From the NCBI GenBank assembly GCA_902626185.1, contig CACOEA010000001.1, positions 30,672 to 94,671 on the forward strand: a stretch of 64,000 nucleotides of DNA. The letters run 5' to 3'. Position 1 is the first letter of the stretch. Each line of letters opens with the position of its first letter. Positions 50,640 to 60,894 of this stretch are shown one piece after another. This stretch comes from an uncultured Pelagibacteraceae bacterium (GTDB lineage: Bacteria; Pseudomonadota; Alphaproteobacteria; Pelagibacterales; Pelagibacteraceae). The notes below the pieces were generated by a model, which saw only the letters and a list, made by a program, of their open reading frames with translations, ran no database searches and was not told the DNA's origin. A program made the position numbers and the translations under genes.

Positions 50640-51560
50640 ATGAAAAAAATTACAATTGGAGCAAGAGGAAGCAAATTATCTCAATCTTACGTAAGTAAGG
50701 TCAAAGAGCTTATTTTAAAAAAAAATGAGAGTTTTAATGAGGAAAGCATCATTGTTAAAACAATAAAAACATCTGGAGATATTCATAATAAAGTAAAGTT
50801 GTCAGGTATTGGTGGAAAAAAATTGTTTTGTAAAGAAATAGAGGAAGATTTATTAGCTAACAATATTGATATAGCAATTCACTCTTTAAAGGATATGGAG
50901 TCAGAAGAACATCCAGACTTAACGATTGGAGCGTTTATAAAAAGAAATGATCCTCGAGAAGCCCTTATTAGTGAAAAAATTATAGACTTAAATAAATTAA
51001 AAGTTAATACCAAGATTGGATCAAGTTCGAGAAGAAGAGAACTTCAATTAAAAAGGATTAATAAAAATTTTCTTTTTATAAATATGAGAGGAAATATCGA
51101 CTCGAGAATTAATAAATTTACTGATAATAATTTGGATGGAATTTTAGTAGCTGTCGCAGGCATAAAAAGTTTAAACTTAGAAAAAAAAATTAGTTTAATT
51201 TTTGAAACAGATCAAATGATGCCAGCTTTAGGACAAGGGATAATCGCAGCACAATGTAGAAAAAACGACACGTTTGCGCAAAGCATTCTGAAAGAAATTA
51301 ATGATGATAATACTTCATCTTGCGCTAAAGCTGAGAGAAATTTATTGAAAACACTAGGTGGAGATTGTGATACTGCAGTTGGAGGGCTAGCTGTCATTAA
51401 TGGTCAAAGTATAATTTTAAAAGCTGAGTTATTTTCTGATGATGGAACAGAGAAATTTACTTGCGATATGACCGGTAAAGTCAATGATGCTTTAAAAATT
51501 GGTAAAACCGTAGGTCAAAAATTGTTAGAGTTGGCGGGTTCAAAATTTAAAAAAAAATGA
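50640..51560 (+). CDS. hemC: Hydroxymethylbilane synthase
   Basis: RGSKL, TSGD, HSLKD, GSSSRRR, RGN and GGDC. Confidence 0.95.
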   Translation: MKKITIGARGSKLSQSYVSKVKELILKKNESFNEESIIVKTIKTSGDIHNKVKLSGIGGKKLFCKEIEEDLLANNIDIAIHSLKDMESEEHPDLTIGAFIKRNDPREALISEKIIDLNKLKVNTKIGSSSRRRELQLKRINKNFLFINMRGNIDSRINKFTDNNLDGILVAVAGIKSLNLEKKISLIFETDQMMPALGQGIIAAQCRKNDTFAQSILKEINDDNTSSCAKAERNLLKTLGGDCDTAVGGLAVINGQSIILKAELFSDDGTEKFTCDMTGKVNDALKIGKTVGQKLLELAGSKFKKK

Positions 51561-52255
51561 ATATTTTAATAACTAGACCTCTCATAGACACTGAAGACTT
51601 AATGGGAAAACTTTTTTCCTTAGGCCATAAGATAATACATGTGCCAACTTTAAAAATTTCTACAATTAAATCTGTTACTGTTGATTTTAAGAAGTACGAT
51701 GCAATAATTTTGACTAGCGCAAATGCTTTAAGAAATTTAAAAGTCACCAATAATGACAAAAATAAACTATTTTTTTGTGTAGGTTCAATTACAGAAAAAA
51801 TTGCAAGAAAATTAGGTTATATAAATACTATTTCAGCTGGAGGAAATGTTTATGCATTAAAAAATTTAATCATGAATTCAAATAGAATATCTAAAAATTC
51901 AAAAATTGCGTATTTATGTGGAGATAACTTAACTTTTGAACTTGACAGTGAATTAAATAAAGAAGGTATGAATATTGAAAAAATTATCAATTATACTTCT
52001 GATAAGATTACAGATATTAACGATGAAAATAAGAAGATAATTGCCAGTCATCCTCCTGACATAATTTTTGTTTATTCGACACGTAGCGCAGAGAGTTTTA
52101 TTGAGATTATAAAAAATTACTCTCTCTATCCTTTGATGACAGGATCGAGGGTAATGTGTATAAGTAATAAAGTTTTACAGGTATTTAAAGAAGCTAACTG
52201 GAAAAAATTAGAAACATTTGAACCTGGAGAAGAATTAATTAAATTAGAAAAATAG
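51557..52255 (+). CDS. hemD: Uroporphyrinogen-III synthase
   Basis: ILITRP, TSANA, VG..T and YS.RSA. Follows hemC. Confidence 0.9.
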   Translation: MNILITRPLIDTEDLMGKLFSLGHKIIHVPTLKISTIKSVTVDFKKYDAIILTSANALRNLKVTNNDKNKLFFCVGSITEKIARKLGYINTISAGGNVYALKNLIMNSNRISKNSKIAYLCGDNLTFELDSELNKEGMNIEKIINYTSDKITDINDENKKIIASHPPDIIFVYSTRSAESFIEIIKNYSLYPLMTGSRVMCISNKVLQVFKEANWKKLETFEPGEELIKLEK

Positions 52256-52262
52256 GGACTTA

Positions 52263-53354
52263 ATGGAAATATTAAAAAACTTTTTAGAATTATTTTCAGA
52301 TGTTTGGAGAAAGGGTATCTCTGGGGTAAATATTTCAGAAATAATTATTGCTGTTGGTATATTTGTACTATTTCTTTTTTTAAGAGGAATATTTTCAAAA
52401 TTTGTAATTAAAAGACTAGAGAAATACGTTTCAAAAACTACAAACAATTTTGACAATTCTCTGGTGAAATCTATGGAAGGTCCCGCAAAATTTTTTCCAA
52501 TAGTTTTAGGTTTTTTTGTAGCTTCTAGTTACCTATCCATTGAAAACCGAGCTGCAGATTTCTTAGAAACATTGAATCGATCTTTAATAACAATCTTAAT
52601 ATTTTGGACCTTTCATCAAATTATTGGCCCACTTTCTGTTGTTATTAAATCTGTTGGAGACTTAATTTCAAAAGATCTTATCAATTGGATAATTAATGCA
52701 ATTAAAGTTTTAATTTTTATTTTAGGTCTCGCAGCAGTTTTAGAACTTTGGGGAATTAAAATTGGACCAATTATTGCAGGCTTAGGTTTATTTGGTGTGG
52801 CTGTTGCATTAGGAGCTCAAGATTTATTCAAGAATTTGATTTCTGGAATTTTAGTATTAGTTGAAAGAAGATTTAAAGTTGGTGATTGGATTTTCGTAGA
52901 AGGTATAATAGAGGGCACAGTTGAAAATATAGGCTTTAGGTCAACAGTAGTCAGAAAATTTGACAAATCTTTAGCTACTATACCTAATTTTCAATTCGCT
53001 GAAAAAGCAGTGATTAATTATTCCAAAACCACAAATAGAAGAATTAATTGGATTATTGGATTGGAATACAGAACCACTAGTGACCAAATCAAAAAAATTA
53101 AAGATGAAATTGAGAAATTTATTAATCAAAGTGATTTGTTTTCAAAAAGTGGAAATACTTTTTTAACCATAAAGGTAGAGCAGTTCGCTGCTAGCTCTAT
53201 TGACTTAAGATTAATATGTTTTACAAAAACATCTCAATATTTGGAATGGATGAAAGTTAAGGATATTTTGGCAATTGAAATAAAAGATATTGTTGAAAAA
53301 AATAAAGCTTCATTTGCTTTCCCAAGCACTTCAATTTATGTGGAAAAAAATTAA
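52263..53354 (+). CDS. mscS: MscS-family mechanosensitive channel
   Basis: GLGLFGVAVALGAQD..KN.ISG, FKVGD, IGFRST and AFP. Confidence 0.92.
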   Translation: MEILKNFLELFSDVWRKGISGVNISEIIIAVGIFVLFLFLRGIFSKFVIKRLEKYVSKTTNNFDNSLVKSMEGPAKFFPIVLGFFVASSYLSIENRAADFLETLNRSLITILIFWTFHQIIGPLSVVIKSVGDLISKDLINWIINAIKVLIFILGLAAVLELWGIKIGPIIAGLGLFGVAVALGAQDLFKNLISGILVLVERRFKVGDWIFVEGIIEGTVENIGFRSTVVRKFDKSLATIPNFQFAEKAVINYSKTTNRRINWIIGLEYRTTSDQIKKIKDEIEKFINQSDLFSKSGNTFLTIKVEQFAASSIDLRLICFTKTSQYLEWMKVKDILAIEIKDIVEKNKASFAFPSTSIYVEKN

Positions 53355-53644
53355 TGAAATCAGTTTTAATTTTATTCGATAACATTATTAATCTTTATAT
53401 ATGGGTATTGATTATACATGTAGTAATAAGTTGGCTTGTTGCATTTAATATTCTAAACACAGGAAATAGACTTGTTTACTCTATTTTAGAGATTTCTTAT
53501 AGGTTAACAAATCCTCCATTAAACTATATTCGAAGATTTCTTCCTAACTTAGGATCAATAGATATATCTCCTGTAATTTTAATTTTAGGACTAATTTTTT
53601 TGAGAAATTTAGCATTTGAAATGTTTGCTCCAACGTTATTTTAA
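53354..53644 (+). CDS. yggT: YggT-family membrane protein
   Basis: ISWL, LTNP.L..IRR.LP and IDISP. Confidence 0.88.
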   Translation: MKSVLILFDNIINLYIWVLIIHVVISWLVAFNILNTGNRLVYSILEISYRLTNPPLNYIRRFLPNLGSIDISPVILILGLIFLRNLAFEMFAPTLF

Positions 53645-53646
53645 TT

Positions 53647-54489
53647 ATGATTATAGATGGAAAAAAAGAAGCCGAAATTTTAAGAAATGAAATCAAGAGA
53701 GAAATAAGTCAAATAAAAAAAAAAATTAATAAAGCACCAAGCTTACATGTAATTTTAGTTGGAAATTTTGCCCCTAGTGAAATTTATGTAAGAAATAAGA
53801 TAAAAAAATCTAAAGAAGTAGGTATAAATTCTAAGATAATTAGATACCCAAAGGATGTAAAAGAAGAAGAAGTTTTAAATAAAATAGATGAATTAAATAA
53901 GGATAATGAAGTTTCCGGAATTCTAGTTCAGCTCCCACTTCCAAAACAAATTAATAAAGAAAAAATAATCAAATTAATAAATCCTTTAAAAGATGTTGAT
54001 GGGTTTCACCCTAGTAATGTTGGAAATTTAGCGTCTGGATATAGTTCTATGATACCCTGTACACCTTTCGGATGTTTGTTGTTAATAAAAAAAGTTGAAA
54101 AAAATTTATCTGGGAAACATGCGGTTATAATTGGCAGATCAAATTTAAATGGAAAACCAATGGCGCAGTTATTATTAAAAGAAAATTGCACTGTAACAAT
54201 AGTACATTCAAAAACAAAAAATATAAAAGATGAGTGTTTAAAAGCTGAAATTTTAGTTGTCGCGGCTGGTATACCTAATTTAGTTAAAGAAGATTGGGTA
54301 AAAACAAATTCTATTATTATAGACGTGGGAATTAATAAATTAGAAAATAGGATTGTAGGAGACGTAGAATTTGAAAAAATCAAAGAAAAAGTTAAGGCAA
54401 TTACACCTGTTCCTGGTGGTGTGGGTCCAATGACCATCGCTTGTTTACTAAAAAATACTTTGAAATGTTTTAAAGCTCGTTTGACTTAG
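53647..54489 (+). CDS. folD: Methylenetetrahydrofolate dehydrogenase/cyclohydrolase
   Basis: IDGK, VQLPLP, KDVDG, PCTP and TPVPGGVGPMT. Confidence 0.97.
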   Translation: MIIDGKKEAEILRNEIKREISQIKKKINKAPSLHVILVGNFAPSEIYVRNKIKKSKEVGINSKIIRYPKDVKEEEVLNKIDELNKDNEVSGILVQLPLPKQINKEKIIKLINPLKDVDGFHPSNVGNLASGYSSMIPCTPFGCLLLIKKVEKNLSGKHAVIIGRSNLNGKPMAQLLLKENCTVTIVHSKTKNIKDECLKAEILVVAAGIPNLVKEDWVKTNSIIIDVGINKLENRIVGDVEFEKIKEKVKAITPVPGGVGPMTIACLLKNTLKCFKARLT

Positions 54490-54856
54490 AATTATCAATT
54501 TTCAAATATTTACTATTTCTTAACCTTATAACGACTGTTGCTATAGCCACAATAAGAATTGCAGAAGAAATATAGATCAAATTTGTTGGATCTCCCTCTT
54601 TATCTTGTAGAATTATGAATCGGGCAAGCGCTGTAATTGCTATTACCAAAGGATAAGAAATTCTTATAGCCCTAGTTTCCCAATAAGATCTAACCAAACC
54701 AATTACCTCAATATAAATGAATAAAAGCAAAAGGTCGGCAAGCTCAATGTCTCTATTAAGATACATTTCTTTCACTTCAAGAAAAAAAGCAATTACAGTA
54801 GCAGCCAGAACAAATATTACTGCCACTAATTGGATATTTCGAATCGTTGAGTTCAT
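54470..54856 (-). CDS. PsiE-family membrane protein
   Basis: LADLLLLFIYIEV and IAITALAR, four TM segments. Confidence 0.8.
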   Translation of the reverse strand: MNSTIRNIQLVAVIFVLAATVIAFFLEVKEMYLNRDIELADLLLLFIYIEVIGLVRSYWETRAIRISYPLVIAITALARFIILQDKEGDPTNLIYISSAILIVAIATVVIRLRNSKYLKIDNSKSNEL

Positions 54857-54876
54857 AAATAAACTCTATCAGACTT

Positions 54877-56061
54877 TTAACTTTTATTTAACTGTTTAGA
54901 GTGAAATTTTATAAATTTTTCAACTTTAGATTTATTAAATGATTTGTTTTCCTCAAAAGAAACTTTTTTCATTGAATAAGCTTTATTTTTAGTTCTTCTA
55001 GATAAAATTGTAACATTGCCCTTGTAAAGACTTAAGATAACATCTCCAGAAACTAGTTTTCTTTTTTTATCTACTATTTTTTGTAAGTTAATTCTCTTTT
55101 TTGAGTACCAGTAACCATTATAAACTAACTTTGCATACTCAGGCATTATTTTTTCTTTTGCATGCACAGTATCTTTATCAAGAGTAACAGACTCGATTGC
55201 TCTATGAGCTAAGTATAATATAGTCCCACCAGGAGTTTCATAAATTCCTCTTGATTTTATTCCGATAAATCTATTCTCGACCAAATCGACTCTACCAATT
55301 CCATTTTTTCCAGCCAATATATTTAATTTATTTAAAAGTTTTTCAGGGCTTAATTTTTTTCCATTAATTGATATTGGGTCACTATTTTTAAAAGATATTC
55401 TAACCTTAGTTTTCTTGTTAGGGGCTTTTTCTGGAGCGACAGTTCTTTGGAATATAAATTCTGGAGGAGAATTCTTTGGATTTTCTAAAATTTTTCCCTC
55501 TGTTGAAGTATGGAAAATGTTGTCATCCACTGAGAATGGTGGAGCTCCTTTTTTATCTTTTGGTATCGGAATATTATTTTTTTTTGCGTAATTAATTAGA
55601 TCTGTTCTTGATTGTAAATTCCACTCTCTCCAAGGGGCTATAATCTTAATTTTATTTTTACCAAAATAAGCGTATCCCAGCTCAAATCTTATTTGATCAT
55701 TTCCTTTGCCAGTTGCACCATGAGAAACAGCAAAGGCATTATATTTTTTTGCAATGGCTATTTGTCTCTTTGCAATCAGAGGTCTAGCTATTGAAGTTCC
55801 TAACAAATATATACCCTCATATACAGCATGTGCTCTTAACATTGGAAAAACATATTCTTTAACAAAGGTATTCTTAAGGTTTTCAATTATAATTTTTTTT
55901 ACTCCTAAGTTTTTAGCATTTCTTATTATTTTATTTTTATTCATTACCTGGCCAATATCTGACGTATACGCAATTATTTCAGCGTTATAGTTTTCCTGTA
56001 GCCATTTTAAGATTATCGAAGTATCAAGCCCACCTGAGTAAGCTAAAACAATTTTTTTCAT
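54877..56061 (-). CDS. argG: Argininosuccinate synthase
   Basis: LAYSGGLDTS, HGATGKGNDQ and KSRGIYETPG. Confidence 0.97.
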   Translation of the reverse strand: MKKIVLAYSGGLDTSIILKWLQENYNAEIIAYTSDIGQVMNKNKIIRNAKNLGVKKIIIENLKNTFVKEYVFPMLRAHAVYEGIYLLGTSIARPLIAKRQIAIAKKYNAFAVSHGATGKGNDQIRFELGYAYFGKNKIKIIAPWREWNLQSRTDLINYAKKNNIPIPKDKKGAPPFSVDDNIFHTSTEGKILENPKNSPPEFIFQRTVAPEKAPNKKTKVRISFKNSDPISINGKKLSPEKLLNKLNILAGKNGIGRVDLVENRFIGIKSRGIYETPGGTILYLAHRAIESVTLDKDTVHAKEKIMPEYAKLVYNGYWYSKKRINLQKIVDKKRKLVSGDVILSLYKGNVTILSRRTKNKAYSMKKVSFEENKSFNKSKVEKFIKFHSKQLNKS

Positions 56062-56562
56062 TTACGTGCAAGTTTTTTTTGCGGTGTTGTATGCTTTAGT
56101 AAATCCCATCATCGAATAATGATCTGTGGTTTCAGCGCCTTTAATCGTTCTTGCTTTAATAATTAAATTTGTCGCCCTTTTCATTAGTTTTATAAAGTTT
56201 TTTTCTTCTTGGTCATCAAGAAGCCATGCAAAATTTTTTTGAGAAAAAAAAGAATATCTCTTTTTTCCAGAGCTAGCCACCACCGTGGATGATTTATACT
56301 CATGTCCACTAGTTAAACTGACTTCATCTTTAATATTTTCTGAAGGTCTAAAAGTAACAAAAAGTTTTGATTTTCCTCTTTGTATCGATGAAGGTGCTCT
56401 TTTTGTAGGCACTGTTTGAGCAAAACAAATTTTACCTTTATCAGTTTCAACTGTAAAACTTTCCCAATTTTTGTACTTTCCAGTTGATCTAGGAGTTTTC
56501 GCGAAAGTATTAGTTGCGAATAATACTAAAATCGTAACTATAAAAATTTTTTTAATAAACAT
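56062..56562 (-). CDS. Invasion-associated locus B (IalB)-like periplasmic protein
   Basis: Signal peptide, W...K.C, TTDHYSMMGFTKA and terminal Cys. Confidence 0.7.
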   Translation of the reverse strand: MFIKKIFIVTILVLFATNTFAKTPRSTGKYKNWESFTVETDKGKICFAQTVPTKRAPSSIQRGKSKLFVTFRPSENIKDEVSLTSGHEYKSSTVVASSGKKRYSFFSQKNFAWLLDDQEEKNFIKLMKRATNLIIKARTIKGAETTDHYSMMGFTKAYNTAKKTCT

Positions 56563-56605
56563 GATTTATCTTTATACTAAAAATTATCTATTTCAATGGT
56601 TTGAA

Positions 56606-57643
56606 TTAGGGTGAGGGATTTGGATTGTTATTATGGATTATATTGATCTTATCCATTATTTCCTTATTCAGATCTATTTTAATACACTCAATATTTTCTT
56701 TTAATTGATCCATTGTTGTTGCACCGATTATATTGCTAGTTACAAAGGGCCTAGAATTTACAAAAGCTTGAGCTAGCTGAACCATCGTTAAATTATACTC
56801 TTTTGCTAATTTAAAATATTCATCATAAGCTTTCATAGCTAACGGGTTAATCATTCTTTCCCATCCTTCAAATAATGATAATCTAGAGTTTTTAGGCATC
56901 TGACCATTTCTATATTTTCCAGACAATGCACCAGCAGCTAAAGGATAGTAAACTAAAAGACCACATTTTTCTCTTATAGAAATTTCTGACATTCCTATCT
57001 CATACGTTCTGTTAACTAAGCTATAAGGATTTTGCACGGACATCATTCTTGGCAGACTTTTACTTTTAGATAGTTCAAGATATTTCGATAATCCATAAGG
57101 TGTTTCATTGGACATACCGATGTATCTAATTTTTCCACTCTTTATAAATTTTTCTAATGATCTTAAGATGTTCTCAAAATTATTCCACTCTCGTTCGTCT
57201 TCTCTGTAAACAAAATCTCTTCTGCCAAAACAGTTAGTTGATCTCTCTGGCCAGTGTAGTTGATATAAATCAATATAGTCTGTTTTTAATCTTTTTAAAC
57301 TTCCATCTAGTGCTTTTTTAATACCATCTTCGTTGAAGCTATTTTTTCCATCCCTTATCCAATCTAAACCTGGCCCAGCTACTTTAGATGCAAGAATTAC
57401 TTTTTCTCTATTTTTTCTTTTTTCAAACCAGTTGCCAATCATTACTTCTGTTTTTCCATAAGACTCTGCAGTTGGAGGAACAGAATACAGCTCTGCAGTG
57501 TCAAAAAAATTAATCCCTTTACTTAGAGAATAATCCATTTGTTCAAAAGCATCTTTCTCAGAATTTTGAGTTCCCCATGTCATAGTCCCTAGACAAATCA
57601 AACTTACATCTAGATCTGTATTACCCAACTTTTTAAATTTCAT
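56606..57643 (-). CDS. NADP(H)-dependent aldo/keto reductase (Tas-like)
   Basis: LGTMTWG, FDTAELY, DLYQLHWP, SNET and IIGAT. Confidence 0.92.
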   Translation of the reverse strand: MKFKKLGNTDLDVSLICLGTMTWGTQNSEKDAFEQMDYSLSKGINFFDTAELYSVPPTAESYGKTEVMIGNWFEKRKNREKVILASKVAGPGLDWIRDGKNSFNEDGIKKALDGSLKRLKTDYIDLYQLHWPERSTNCFGRRDFVYREDEREWNNFENILRSLEKFIKSGKIRYIGMSNETPYGLSKYLELSKSKSLPRMMSVQNPYSLVNRTYEIGMSEISIREKCGLLVYYPLAAGALSGKYRNGQMPKNSRLSLFEGWERMINPLAMKAYDEYFKLAKEYNLTMVQLAQAFVNSRPFVTSNIIGATTMDQLKENIECIKIDLNKEIMDKINIIHNNNPNPSP

Positions 57644-57721
57644 ATAATCCTTATTTTTAAGGTTTTTTTTAAAGCAATTATTGACTATTGAAAAGTTAAT
57701 AAAAATTCATATATTAAATTT

Positions 57722-58474
57722 ATGGAATTTAACAAACAAACGACATCAGTAAGATCATCTGCATCGGAAGCTATAATCGATCAAGGGTTGAGAGCTTACA
57801 TGCTGAAGGTTTATAACTATATGGCTTCTGGTGTTTTACTAACCGGCCTAATCGCATTAGCTTTTTTCAAAATGGCGGTAGTCACATCTGATGGAGGCCA
57901 AATTATTGGTTTGACTAATTTTGGAAACACAATTTACGCTTCGGGTTTAAAGTGGGTGATAATGTTAGCACCACTTGCTGTAGTTTTTTATATGAGTTTT
58001 GGAATAGCAAAAATGTCTGCAGCAAAAGCTCAAACAACGTTTTGGGTTTTCGCAGCTTTAATGGGAGCATCTTTATCTTCAATTTTTTTAATTTATACCG
58101 GAATGAGTATTATCAGAGTATTTTTTATAACAGCTGGAACATTTGGCGCTATGAGCATTTATGGTTACACTACTAAAAGAGATTTAACAAAACTTGGCTC
58201 ATTTTTAATGATGGGTCTTTTCGGAATTATAATAGCGTCATTAGTAAATATCTTTATGAAATCTACTATGATGTATTTTGTTATTTCCATAATTGGTGTT
58301 TTGATTTTTGTTGGTTTAACAGCTTACGATACGCAAAAAATTAAAAATATGTACTTAGTGAGTGATAGTGGTGAGCTACTTGGTAAAAAAGCAGTAATGG
58401 GTGCTCTTACACTTTACTTAGACTTTATTAACCTCTTCATAATGCTTTTGAGACTCTTTGGTCAAAGAAGATAA
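57722..58474 (+). CDS. Bax inhibitor-1/YccA family membrane protein
   Basis: Seven TM segments, YDTQKIK and ALTLYLDFINLF. Confidence 0.92.
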   Translation: MEFNKQTTSVRSSASEAIIDQGLRAYMLKVYNYMASGVLLTGLIALAFFKMAVVTSDGGQIIGLTNFGNTIYASGLKWVIMLAPLAVVFYMSFGIAKMSAAKAQTTFWVFAALMGASLSSIFLIYTGMSIIRVFFITAGTFGAMSIYGYTTKRDLTKLGSFLMMGLFGIIIASLVNIFMKSTMMYFVISIIGVLIFVGLTAYDTQKIKNMYLVSDSGELLGKKAVMGALTLYLDFINLFIMLLRLFGQRR

Positions 58475-58477
58475 ATA

Positions 58478-58819
58478 TTAGACTACTTTCAAATTATTCC
58501 AGCTAGTTTTATCAATTAATTGATTTAAATTTTTAGACTTTTTTAAAACATTCCCGTGTTTATCCTTTATTAAAAATTTTTCATTGTAGTAAATAGGTTT
58601 TAAATTTTTCAAAATTCTCAAAATTGGACGATCAGAGGCTCTTTGATAAATATCAAATGAAACTTCTTTAACACTAGAAGAAAAAGAATAATCTTTCCAA
58701 GTCCCATTCGAAACCATTTTCGCATAAAGATTTAAGATACATTGAAGTTCTTTTTTAATAAAAAATTTTTCTTTTTCCTTTTTATATTCATTATTTATTA
58801 CTAATTTTATATTTTTCAT
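58478..58819 (-). CDS. DUF2794-family protein
   Basis: EL..IL.LY..MV..G.WKDY and YQRASDRP. Confidence 0.75.
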   Translation of the reverse strand: MKNIKLVINNEYKKEKEKFFIKKELQCILNLYAKMVSNGTWKDYSFSSSVKEVSFDIYQRASDRPILRILKNLKPIYYNEKFLIKDKHGNVLKKSKNLNQLIDKTSWNNLKVV

Positions 58820-59361
58820 ATTTTATGTTTATTGATCATTGGGATCTGCAAAGCTGTGAAGATGAAAGTAATTGGTAAAATCCCCCAAACCTTGAAATTG
58901 ACCCAAGTTGCTTCTGGTTGTGTTCTCCAAACTATTTCATTTAACAATGCTAGAAATATAAAAAAGATCGCCCATCTAGAGTTTAATTTGTTCCATCCTG
59001 TATCATCAAGCTGAAAAGCAGTTTTTAAAAAGAATTTTAGAAAATTTTTATTAAAAAAGATTTTTCCAAAAATCAATATTGCTGCAAAAATTATATTGAC
59101 TATTGTTGGTTTCATGTAAATGAATACGGGATTATCAAAGTATAATGTTAATCCACCGAATAAAGATATTATTATTCCACCTACCAGAGGTATAAATGGA
59201 ATTTTTTTTTCTAATAAATACACCCCAATTACAGCAATTAAAGTTGCTATTATTAGTGGAGGAATTGCCACACTTAAGTTATTTCCACTTTTATAATAGA
59301 TTGTAAAAAAAATTAATAAAGGTCCAAAATCTGCTATAAATTTTAAGAATGACTTATTCAC
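58816..59361 (-). CDS. yciB: Inner membrane protein YciB (IspZ)
   Basis: DFGPL, KPT, W..L..RW and WVNFKVWG. Confidence 0.92.
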   Translation of the reverse strand: MNKSFLKFIADFGPLLIFFTIYYKSGNNLSVAIPPLIIATLIAVIGVYLLEKKIPFIPLVGGIIISLFGGLTLYFDNPVFIYMKPTIVNIIFAAILIFGKIFFNKNFLKFFLKTAFQLDDTGWNKLNSRWAIFFIFLALLNEIVWRTQPEATWVNFKVWGILPITFIFTALQIPMINKHKI

Positions 59362-59438
59362 AATAGGTAGTTTAACATATAATAAATTTTTAATAAATTA
59401 GATATTGATTTTAATAAAAAAATTATTAATTATAGGTT

Positions 59439-59762
59439 ATGGCTTCAAGCAGTAATGCAAAATTTTCAATAGGAGAAGTAGTTAAACATAGACACTTTGA
59501 TTTTAGAGGTGTTATTTATGATGTAGATTTCGAATTTAACAACTCTGAAGAGTGGTATCAATCTATTCCAAAAGGCGTAAGACCAAGAAAAGATCAGCCA
59601 TTTTATCATCTTCTTGCTGAAAGTAATGACGTAACTTATGAAGCATATGTGTCGGAACAAAATCTTTTGTTAGATAAGTCAAAAGAACCAATTAAGCATC
59701 CTTTAATAGAAGAAATTTTTTCTGGAAAAAAAGGCTCCAATTATTTTAAGATATCAAATTAG
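59439..59762 (+). CDS. hspQ: Heat shock protein HspQ
   Basis: AKFSIG.VVKH, RGVIYDVD, QPFYH and AYVSEQNL. Confidence 0.92.
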   Translation: MASSSNAKFSIGEVVKHRHFDFRGVIYDVDFEFNNSEEWYQSIPKGVRPRKDQPFYHLLAESNDVTYEAYVSEQNLLLDKSKEPIKHPLIEEIFSGKKGSNYFKISN

Positions 59763-59846
59763 TCATAATTATAAGTACTGCCTAAAATTTAACATCATTC
59801 TTTCAAATCTAAGACATAAATATAAAATATTCTTTAACTGTTATAA

Positions 59847-59899
59847 CCTAGTTGGGAATTAACTCATACTTCTAAACTCCCTCTCAATTCCCAATTAGG
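59847..59899 (+). ncRNA. Candidate structured RNA: 14-bp stem with 25-nt pyrimidine-rich loop
   Basis: CCTAGTTGGGAATT...AATTCCCAATTAGG, with one G-U pair on the plus strand, in an unusually long non-coding gap. Confidence 0.4.
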
Positions 59900-59947
59900 C
59901 CTATATTGACCCTTCACAGCAAAATAATATTATAGTAGTCAATAGTT

Positions 59948-60655
59948 ATGTTTGATGTATTAAATCCAAGCAAAATATTTACTTGGATAGAAAAGCTTAT
60001 AAAATTTATAAATTCAATTTTTTTTATTTTGCTTTTGGTAGCGTTAACTTTTGCATTGATTGTATCACCACCTGATTATTTACAAGGGGACAGTGTTAGA
60101 ATTATGTATATTCATGTGCCTTCATCCTGGATTGGTTTAGCTTCGTTTACCTGTATCGCCTTAATATCTGTTTTGATATTTATTTTTAAAATGAAAAATT
60201 TAATTCTTATAGCAAAAAGTATAGCTCCTATAGGATTAGTTTTTACCTGTTTATCAATTATAACTGGATCGATTTGGGGAAAGCCTACTTGGGGAACATG
60301 GTGGGCTTGGGATGCCAGAATTGTCTCAATGGTAGTGTTAGGTATTTTTTATATTTTATTCATTCTCTCGAATAAATTCATCGAACCAGAAAGCAAAGCA
60401 ACTAAGATATCTTGTATCATTGCAATTTTTGGATTTATTAATATTCCAATAATCAAATATTCAGTAGAATGGTGGAATACTCTTCATCAACCAGCCAGCA
60501 TAAAAATTGACGGAACAAGCTCAATACACTCATCCATGTTAATGCCATTAGTATTTATGTTGCTAGTTTTTTTATTATATTGTGCGTTAATTTTTCTAAT
60601 GAAATATAAGACAGAAATCATTAGAATAAAGAAAAAAAACTTAAAAAGAATATGA
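59948..60655 (+). CDS. ccmC: Heme exporter CcmC
   Basis: HVP, WGKPTWGTWWAWDAR (WWD domain) and WWNTLHQ. Confidence 0.96.
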   Translation: MFDVLNPSKIFTWIEKLIKFINSIFFILLLVALTFALIVSPPDYLQGDSVRIMYIHVPSSWIGLASFTCIALISVLIFIFKMKNLILIAKSIAPIGLVFTCLSIITGSIWGKPTWGTWWAWDARIVSMVVLGIFYILFILSNKFIEPESKATKISCIIAIFGFINIPIIKYSVEWWNTLHQPASIKIDGTSSIHSSMLMPLVFMLLVFLLYCALIFLMKYKTEIIRIKKKNLKRI

Positions 60656-60885
60656 TACAAAACTTTATATTAATGAATGGATACGGCATATTTGTATGGG
60701 CAGCATTTGCAATAACTTTTATAACTTGTTTTATCCTCTATTATAAAACTTTAAAAACGTTGAAAAAACATGAAAAAGATTTTGCTGATGAGTTAAACAA
60801 GCTTTCTTCTGATCAGAGGACCATAGTTTTAGAAAAATCTAAAATCGCTACTAAAGTTTTAGCTTCATATAATAAGTCAATTTAA
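60652..60885 (+). CDS. ccmD: Heme exporter CcmD
   Basis: MNGYG.FVW.AF single TM segment, between ccmC and ccmE. Confidence 0.85.
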   Translation: MIQNFILMNGYGIFVWAAFAITFITCFILYYKTLKTLKKHEKDFADELNKLSSDQRTIVLEKSKIATKVLASYNKSI

Positions 60886-60894
60886 AGCATTTTA

